From the NCBI GenBank assembly GCA_943356525.1, contig CALRFG010000006.1, positions 4,024 through 68,023 of the forward strand: 64,000 bases of DNA, read 5' to 3'. Source of the stretch: Candidatus Nomurabacteria bacterium (lineage in GTDB: Bacteria > Patescibacteriota > Minisyncoccia > Phycocordibacterales > CAIZLB01). Position 1 is the first letter of the stretch; every line of letters starts with the position of its first letter. A program made the position numbers and the translations under genes. Of this stretch, positions 58,278 to 64,000 are shown one piece after another. The notes under the pieces are model-generated. The model saw nothing but the letters and a program-made list of their open reading frames with translations. It was not told the DNA's origin and did no database searches.

Positions 58278-59465
58278 TCACTTGAAAGCACCCTTCCTCA
58301 ACTTCTCTCTAAAAAATTTTATAGCAAATCTATGTGCTTCTGCGTTAATTTTAATTATTTCTTCTTCTTTTATATTTTTTTCTTTTAAAATCTCTCCGTT
58401 TAATACTTCTCTCGCTCTATGTTTATCATCTTTAACCACTGAGACAGAATTTTTAAAAAATCTTTGGGCTATACCGAGTTGAACCTTATTTCCGTCAGTT
58501 ACTATGATATTCGGTTTCTCCCATTCTGTATGTTTGAAGCGACGAGTCAAAACCTCAAACAAAGCCTTACCGTCGTCAGCATTTTCTTGTCCTCTTATGA
58601 TAAATTTCTTATATTCATGTTTTAAAAACTGGCCATTTAACATAACAACCATAACTCCTATCATATTTTGCCCGCTCATATGAGCTATATCATATGCCTC
58701 TATACGAATATCATTTTCAGACTGTTCCCTGTTCATCAGAGATATATCATTGATATGGTTCAATGCATATATTTTATTACGAACCTGCGCTGCTTTTTCA
58801 AACTCTTTTTCTTTAGCCAAAGCATTCATCTCTTTCTGTAAAATTTTTAAAACTTTCTCTGTACTACCTGATAAAAAAAGTTTTATTTTCTCTATCTGTT
58901 TTTTATAATCTTTTTGTGATATGGCGTCAACACAGGTTCCTGGACAAAGTCCTATACTGTAATTAAAACATGGTTTATTCTTCCCAACTGTACATTTTTC
59001 ATCTCTATAAGGAAAAAGTTTTCTTACTATTTTCAAAGCAGCACGGAGTTGTATTGTAGACAAGAAAGGCCCATAATAATTTTCCGTGTTAAGATTTTCT
59101 ACATTACGTCCACGAACTATTCGAACTATTGGAAATTCATCTGAAGTAATCTCTATGTAAGAATAACTTTTATCATCTTTTTCTCTAGTGTTATAGTAAG
59201 GCTGATTTTTCTTTATAAGTTCTGTTTCCAAAAGTAAAGCTTCGAGTACTGAGTTAGTTTTTTGAAATTTAATAGAATCAGTCTTTGCAACCATATCTAC
59301 CAAAAACATTCCTCTAGTTTTAATTAGATCATTAGAAAAATAACTTTTCACTCTTTCCTTGAGCGAGGTAGCTTTTCCAATATACAAAATATCCTTTCCT
59401 TTTTGAAAAAAATATACGCCAGGACTATCTTCTATTTTTAATTTTTTAAATTGATCTATTGTCAT
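58278..59465 (-). CDS. uvrC: UvrC-family excinuclease, short form (GIY-YIG, Cys cluster, UVR domain; lacks C-terminal HhH)
   Basis: GIY-YIG (PGVYFFQKGKDILYIGKATSLKERVKSYF). Cys-rich CTVGKNKPCFNYSIGLCPGTC. UVR-like KEFEKAAQVRNKIYAL. Only 395 aa. Confidence 0.6.
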   Translation of the reverse strand: MTIDQFKKLKIEDSPGVYFFQKGKDILYIGKATSLKERVKSYFSNDLIKTRGMFLVDMVAKTDSIKFQKTNSVLEALLLETELIKKNQPYYNTREKDDKSYSYIEITSDEFPIVRIVRGRNVENLNTENYYGPFLSTIQLRAALKIVRKLFPYRDEKCTVGKNKPCFNYSIGLCPGTCVDAISQKDYKKQIEKIKLFLSGSTEKVLKILQKEMNALAKEKEFEKAAQVRNKIYALNHINDISLMNREQSENDIRIEAYDIAHMSGQNMIGVMVVMLNGQFLKHEYKKFIIRGQENADDGKALFEVLTRRFKHTEWEKPNIIVTDGNKVQLGIAQRFFKNSVSVVKDDKHRAREVLNGEILKEKNIKEEEIIKINAEAHRFAIKFFREKLRKGAFK

Positions 59466-59487
59466 GTATTAAATTAATATATTTTAT

Positions 59488-61272
59488 TTATTCTATTTCT
59501 ATATCTGAATTAATAATTTCAGGAGTAATAAAGGGAGTTAAATCTTTTTTATTTTTATTTTCAAAATCACATTGATAACTTGTACAGCTTTGTAAAAACT
59601 CTCGTAAATATGCAGCAGCACCTTTTGTATTTGTATGTGGACCTTTCTCTAACATGTATACTATAGCGTATTTTGGTTCTGTGTATGGCCAAAAACCTAT
59701 AAACCAAGAATTTATAAATTGATTTCTATTTCCAGTCTGAGCTGTTCCTGTTTTACCAGCAAGTTTTAATCCAGTAAAATCTAGAGACTTGGCAGTACCA
59801 GCTGTTACTGTCAATCTCATACCCTCAGATATTTCATTAAAATTATCTTTATTAATATTTTTTAATTTATTTTCTATTTTTATATATTTTGTAGCTTCAG
59901 CTGTATTTATTTTAAATTCGGGTATATTTTTTGCATCTTTTGCTAAGATAGTTGTCATACCCAAAGCTTGTATAGGTGAAATAGAAAAACCATATTGACC
60001 TATGGACGAGTTATACGTGTCTCCAAGTCGCCATATGTCTCCATCAAAGGCTTTTAATTTCCATTCTGGGTTTGGTATAACAGACTGCTTACTTTTAAAA
60101 AAAGTTTTTTCATGTCTATTATCCAATCCAAAATATTTTGAATATTCATCAAGTTTAGAAATACCTAAACCTTTTTTTCCTGGAACTCCACCACCTATAG
60201 TGTAGAAATAAACATCAGATGATACTGCGATGGCTTCTCTTACATCTGTGTAGCCATGAGCTTTCCAATCTTTAAAAACAGTATCGTTTCCAGGACTATA
60301 TGGATTTGGAACAACAAGCTTACCTGTAGACAATATTTTTTCTCTTGCCGAGACAACACCTTCATTTAAACCTGCCAAAGCAAATACTGGTTTAACTATA
60401 GAGCCCGGAGCATATAAACCGTCAACATATCGATTTAAAAATATACTTCTTGGATCGTTTATGTATTTTGATATTTTTTCAACATCGGTACCATCAAACA
60501 TTATATTTGAATCAAAGTCTGGATATGTAACAGATGCCAGTATGGATCCATCCCTCACATCAGCAATTAAAGCAACTCCACCATTATAGTCACTTTCCTG
60601 TCCTGCATTTTTAAAAGTTTCAAACAAAGCTTTTTGTATTTCAAAATCTATTGTTAGATAAATATCTTTACCATTTTTTGGTAGATCAATAGTATTTTGA
60701 GAAATAAGTTTACCTGACGAATCTATTTCAGAATAAAAATATCCAGCCTTACCATTTAGTGTATCATTAAAGTATTTTTCTATACCTCCGACTGTTTCTA
60801 CTTCTTTATTTATGTAGAAACCATTTTTATCTCTTTTTGGAAATTTAATATAGCCCAATAAATTACCTATACCATAACTATCTTTATATCTTCTTATTTG
60901 AGTATTGTCAGTTGAGGATGATGATACCTCTGTAGTTGTTGATGTATTTTCATTCCAAGCTAGCGGGATTTTATTTCTATCGTAAATAATACCTCTTGCT
61001 GAGAAAATAGGTGTTGTCTCAAAACGATTATTTTCAGCTTTATTATTATAAAAATCCCCTTTAACTATTTGTAATTTATAAGAATTATAAAAAAAGAGAG
61101 AAAATATAGCTAAAACAAAAAATATAATAATATAAAAAATATAGTTTGAAATAGGTTTTATAATACGACCTTCGAGCTGACTGTGGTCAAAGGATGGTAG
61201 ATTTAATTGATCTATCAATATATCTTCTGGTGAAATATCTCTATTCTTTTCTTTTCTTCTATGATGCCTCAT
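59488..61272 (-). CDS. Penicillin-binding protein 2 (class B transpeptidase, MrdA/FtsI-like)
   Basis: N-terminal TM anchor. SxxK (GSIVKP), SxD/N (SSD) and KTGTAQ motifs. Confidence 0.85.
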   Translation of the reverse strand: MRHHRRKEKNRDISPEDILIDQLNLPSFDHSQLEGRIIKPISNYIFYIIIFFVLAIFSLFFYNSYKLQIVKGDFYNNKAENNRFETTPIFSARGIIYDRNKIPLAWNENTSTTTEVSSSSTDNTQIRRYKDSYGIGNLLGYIKFPKRDKNGFYINKEVETVGGIEKYFNDTLNGKAGYFYSEIDSSGKLISQNTIDLPKNGKDIYLTIDFEIQKALFETFKNAGQESDYNGGVALIADVRDGSILASVTYPDFDSNIMFDGTDVEKISKYINDPRSIFLNRYVDGLYAPGSIVKPVFALAGLNEGVVSAREKILSTGKLVVPNPYSPGNDTVFKDWKAHGYTDVREAIAVSSDVYFYTIGGGVPGKKGLGISKLDEYSKYFGLDNRHEKTFFKSKQSVIPNPEWKLKAFDGDIWRLGDTYNSSIGQYGFSISPIQALGMTTILAKDAKNIPEFKINTAEATKYIKIENKLKNINKDNFNEISEGMRLTVTAGTAKSLDFTGLKLAGKTGTAQTGNRNQFINSWFIGFWPYTEPKYAIVYMLEKGPHTNTKGAAAYLREFLQSCTSYQCDFENKNKKDLTPFITPEIINSDIEIE

Positions 61273-61287
61273 TTTATATTTATTTTT

Positions 61288-62187
61288 TTATTTAAAAATA
61301 ACTTTATAAATATTTTGAGGTGAAACTATAAGTTGTGCATAGATTATTGTAAAAGTTGACTTATTATCTTCATCAATATTTACAATCTTAGCTATCGGCT
61401 TCAAACCATCTAAAGTTCTCATATAGATAAAAGTATCTTTTTTAACCTCAGTTTTTGGTGGAACTTTCGCTATCAACTGTCCATAACCTAAACCTTCAAA
61501 TATATAAGATTGATAATTTGTATTATTTTCTGTTACAGTTTCTTCTACCTGACCAGGTATATCATTTAAAATAGCTGAGGTTGTAGATATATCAATACTT
61601 TTATTCAAATTATCAGTGGCCAGAGAATCAGTAGCAAAATCAATGATATTTTCCTGTTCAATTAGAAAATTATTCTTAAAACCTGAATCAGAAAATAGTT
61701 TAATATTTATAGTTGATGATGAATTATCTGTAGTAAGCCCGATTAGATTATCAGTAAAAAAATCATAAACATAAGTCGTATCATTTACGTAAACATCTTT
61801 TTGTTTAGCAATAAATTGATCTGTTTTTAAAAGATTAGGTGCAACATTGTAAAAATTATTTTCAGTCATTTTTCTTGAAAGATTATCAGAAAGAGGTTCT
61901 GGATTTTCAACTTTTCGTGACACGAAACCATGTATAAAATACCTAGTTTGAGGAACAGTATAGATAAAAATAATTAACAATAAAATTGAAATAAATGTTT
62001 TATACACGAAGGATTTATAATCAAGTAAACCAAATCCTTGATTACTCATTTTATATGAATTTCTTCTTCTATCATTTCCTAAACTCGTAATACTTCTACC
62101 ACCTAGCTTATTTTTTAAACTAGTAAAAGCATCATTTGATAAGTATCTGTTTTTTAATCTATCTCCTGATTGATAATTCATCTTCAT
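61288..62187 (-). CDS. Putative rod-shape protein MreC-like
   Basis: Single TM near the N-terminus. Position between mreB and PBP2. Weak sequence evidence. Confidence 0.4.
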   Translation of the reverse strand: MKMNYQSGDRLKNRYLSNDAFTSLKNKLGGRSITSLGNDRRRNSYKMSNQGFGLLDYKSFVYKTFISILLLIIFIYTVPQTRYFIHGFVSRKVENPEPLSDNLSRKMTENNFYNVAPNLLKTDQFIAKQKDVYVNDTTYVYDFFTDNLIGLTTDNSSSTINIKLFSDSGFKNNFLIEQENIIDFATDSLATDNLNKSIDISTTSAILNDIPGQVEETVTENNTNYQSYIFEGLGYGQLIAKVPPKTEVKKDTFIYMRTLDGLKPIAKIVNIDEDNKSTFTIIYAQLIVSPQNIYKVIFK

Positions 62188-63313
62188 TTTCTATTATTAT
62201 ATCTTTATAAAATTCAATGTTAGATGCGATAATACCAGTACCTCTAACAACGGCAGTCAAAGGATCATCAGCCACTGTAACTTTTATACCCAAATATTCC
62301 GACAAAGCTTCGTCAAGCCCTTTTATCAATGCCCCACCACCTGTTAAGTATATACCATTTTCCATAATATCCGACAGAACTTCAGGAGGTGTTGATTCTA
62401 AAACTTCTTTTACAGATTCGAAAAGTGAGTCGGCTGATATATGTATAGCATCATGTATGTCTTCTTCGGTAACAGTGATTTCTTTTGGTAAACCCGTAAC
62501 AAGATCTCTTCCTCTAATAGTTGATTCAAGTGGTGGGTTTGATGGTATGATATTTGATAATTCTATTTTCAATTGTTCAGCACTTTTTTCACCTACTAAA
62601 ACTTTAAATTCATTTCTAATATATGAAATGATGTCTGTATTAAATCTATCGCCCGCAACTTTAAGATTTTTACCACGGACAATACCACTTAAAGATATGA
62701 TGGCAATATCAGTTGTACCTCCTCCTATATCTATAATCATATTTCCTTGAGCTTCTTTTATAGGTAAACCTATACCAATAGCAGCAGCTATAGGTTCTTC
62801 TATAATAAACACATGTCTTGCACCAGCGTTATAAGCAGCATCACGAACGGCACGTCGCTCTACGTTTGTAACACTATAAGGAACACCGATTACAACCGAT
62901 TGGAGTATAGAAATCTTTAAAACCTCAATAGTTTTTTTAATAAAATAAGCAAGCATCTCTTCAGTAACCTCAAAGTCAGAGATAACACCATCAACAAGTG
63001 GACGTATAGCTGCTATGTGACTGGGGGTTTTACCGAGCATGATCTTGGCCTGATTTCCCACAGCAACGACCTGATTTGTTTTTTGATTTATAGCAACAAC
63101 AGATGGTTCATTTATTATAACCCCTTTACCCTCAACATATACCAGAGTATTTGCAGTACCCAAGTCTATACCAACACCTTGCCCTTTACCTTTCATGGCC
63201 GCAACCCTGTTATTTGTGATTGATTTTAGAAAATTAAATGCCATATTTCTGGTAACTATAGCACAGATCTCATAAATTAAAAAACGACATCTTCCAAGGA
63301 AAGGAAGAGTCAT
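62159..63313 (-). CDS. mreB: Rod shape-determining protein MreB (actin homolog), N-terminal extension
   Basis: GIDLGTANTLVY, DIGGGTTD and other MreB/actin-fold motifs. Confidence 0.9.
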   Translation of the reverse strand: MTLPFLGRCRFLIYEICAIVTRNMAFNFLKSITNNRVAAMKGKGQGVGIDLGTANTLVYVEGKGVIINEPSVVAINQKTNQVVAVGNQAKIMLGKTPSHIAAIRPLVDGVISDFEVTEEMLAYFIKKTIEVLKISILQSVVIGVPYSVTNVERRAVRDAAYNAGARHVFIIEEPIAAAIGIGLPIKEAQGNMIIDIGGGTTDIAIISLSGIVRGKNLKVAGDRFNTDIISYIRNEFKVLVGEKSAEQLKIELSNIIPSNPPLESTIRGRDLVTGLPKEITVTEEDIHDAIHISADSLFESVKEVLESTPPEVLSDIMENGIYLTGGGALIKGLDEALSEYLGIKVTVADDPLTAVVRGTGIIASNIEFYKDIIIENEDELSIRR

Positions 63314-63344
63314 TTTTTAATTTATTCGATAAGGAAGTAGTGAT

Positions 63345-63605
63345 TTATACTGTCTCTGTAGGCTCGTTTATCTTTAAGTTTAATCTTGAGTTATTCTTCA
63401 TTCCGAAAACTCTAAGCAATGTTCTTATAGCCTTAGCTGTAGAACCTTCACGACCTATAATTTTACCCATATCGTTTTTATTAACCTCTAAAGTTAATAA
63501 AACACCCATTTCATCAACTGTTCTGATAACTTTAATATTCTCTTGATCTTCAACAAGAGGTTTTATTATATTTAGGAGAAATTGTGTGTCGTCTATTTGT
63601 TGCAT
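63345..63605 (-). CDS. KH-domain RNA-binding protein (UPF0109/YlqC-like)
   Basis: GKIIGREGSTAKAIRTLL GxxG KH loop. Downstream of rpsP as in many bacteria. Confidence 0.8.
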   Translation of the reverse strand: MQQIDDTQFLLNIIKPLVEDQENIKVIRTVDEMGVLLTLEVNKNDMGKIIGREGSTAKAIRTLLRVFGMKNNSRLNLKINEPTETV

Positions 63606-63694
63606 ATGTTTATTGATTTACTGTTTAATTATTAATAACTTTATTATAAACAAAAATTGACCTCATGTATAGATAGTCAATTTTTGCAGAGATG

Positions 63695-64000
63695 TTATTT
63701 TTTGGCTTCGGCTTTTTTCTGAGGAGTTTTTTTAGGTAAAACGTTTTTCTTTTTACCTTCTGTTATACCAGCGGCAACAAGCATATTGTGCACTGTTGGA
63801 GATACTTGGGCACCATTTTTTATAAATGCTTTTATTTTATCAGCTTTGAATGATTCTTTTTCTATAGTTTTTTTACGAAAATCAACAGATCCAAGTACTT
63901 CAATAGCCTTACCACTTCTTGCAGCATATTTTGAATTGATTAATACAATTCTGAATGATGGGTCGTTTTTTCTTCCAACTCTTTGTAGTCTTATGTTTAA
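63695..64000 (-). CDS. rpsP: 30S ribosomal protein S16, 5' end cut by window edge (start codon about 1 codon beyond 64000)
   Basis: Hand translation of the minus strand: LNIRLQRVGRKNDPSFRIVLINSKYAARSGKAIEVLGSVDF...KKAEAKK, then TAA at 63697-63695. Classic S16 N-terminus. Not in the ORF track because no Met lies inside the window. Confidence 0.9.
   Translation of the reverse strand, partial: LNIRLQRVGRKNDPSFRIVLINSKYAARSGKAIEVLGSVDFRKKTIEKESFKADKIKAFIKNGAQVSPTVHNMLVAAGITEGKKKNVLPKKTPQKKAEAKK

Overview
This is a visibly AT-rich, gene-dense bacterial window. Several traits look Patescibacteria/CPR-like (inference): short intergenic spacers, weak or absent Shine-Dalgarno sequences, many small secreted or membrane proteins, type IV pilin genes, and a ribosomal alpha operon with extra inserted genes. 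The genetic code appears standard, with TGA, TAA and TAG all used as stops.

Reading left to right:
- Core genes at the start: topA (5' partial), an orphan parB, then a putative zinc-homeostasis cluster. The cluster holds a Fur/Zur-family regulator, a YibE/F-like membrane protein, a MinD/CooC-like ATPase and a ZIP transporter. A perfect 7-1-7 palindrome and a GC-rich structured leader lie in the divergent promoter region.
- A BdbC/BdbD (DsbB/DsbA) pair, asnB, a grpE-dnaK operon, and a 740-aa secreted protein combining SGNH-hydrolase, FN3 and peptidoglycan-binding regions.
- The operon rpsI-rplM-rplQ-rpoA-rpsD-rpsK-rpsM. Upstream of rpsM, where infA-rpmJ normally sit, there is a gene with an N-terminal sigma-70 region 4 domain and a C-terminal HARE-HTH-like domain, plus a DUF192 gene. 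An unannotated non-zinc L36 gene (rpmJ) follows.
- A type IV pilin, a tRNA operon (Ala, Lys, Leu) and an opposite-strand tRNA-Phe. Each of tRNA-Leu and tRNA-Phe has a partial copy of its own 3' end about 150 bp downstream.
- Two hypothetical proteins under a consensus sigma-70 promoter, then five tandem paralogous small secreted two-helix proteins. These have VirB2/TrbC-pilin-like topology and sit next to an orphan solute-binding protein.
- gyrA, tsaD, hsp20, a RelB/DinJ-RelE toxin-antitoxin pair, secA, and an unannotated 44-aa KKAA-repeat histone-H1-like protein.
- A large surface-glycan locus: Wzy-like ligase with TPR repeats, Wzx flippase, a GT4 glycosyltransferase, three FkbM and two other SAM methyltransferases, a GT6-GT2 fusion, a GT2, and a GT11 alpha-1,2-fucosyltransferase. 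GT6 plus GT11 implies a blood-group-like antigen.
- A coiled-coil ORF with an in-frame TAA, an acyltransferase-3, a soluble TraD/VirD4-like P-loop ATPase, dacA-like, rseP, frr, a short uvrC, PBP2, mreC-like, mreB, a KH protein and rpsP (partial).

No rRNA, CRISPR array, transposase or integrase was seen.
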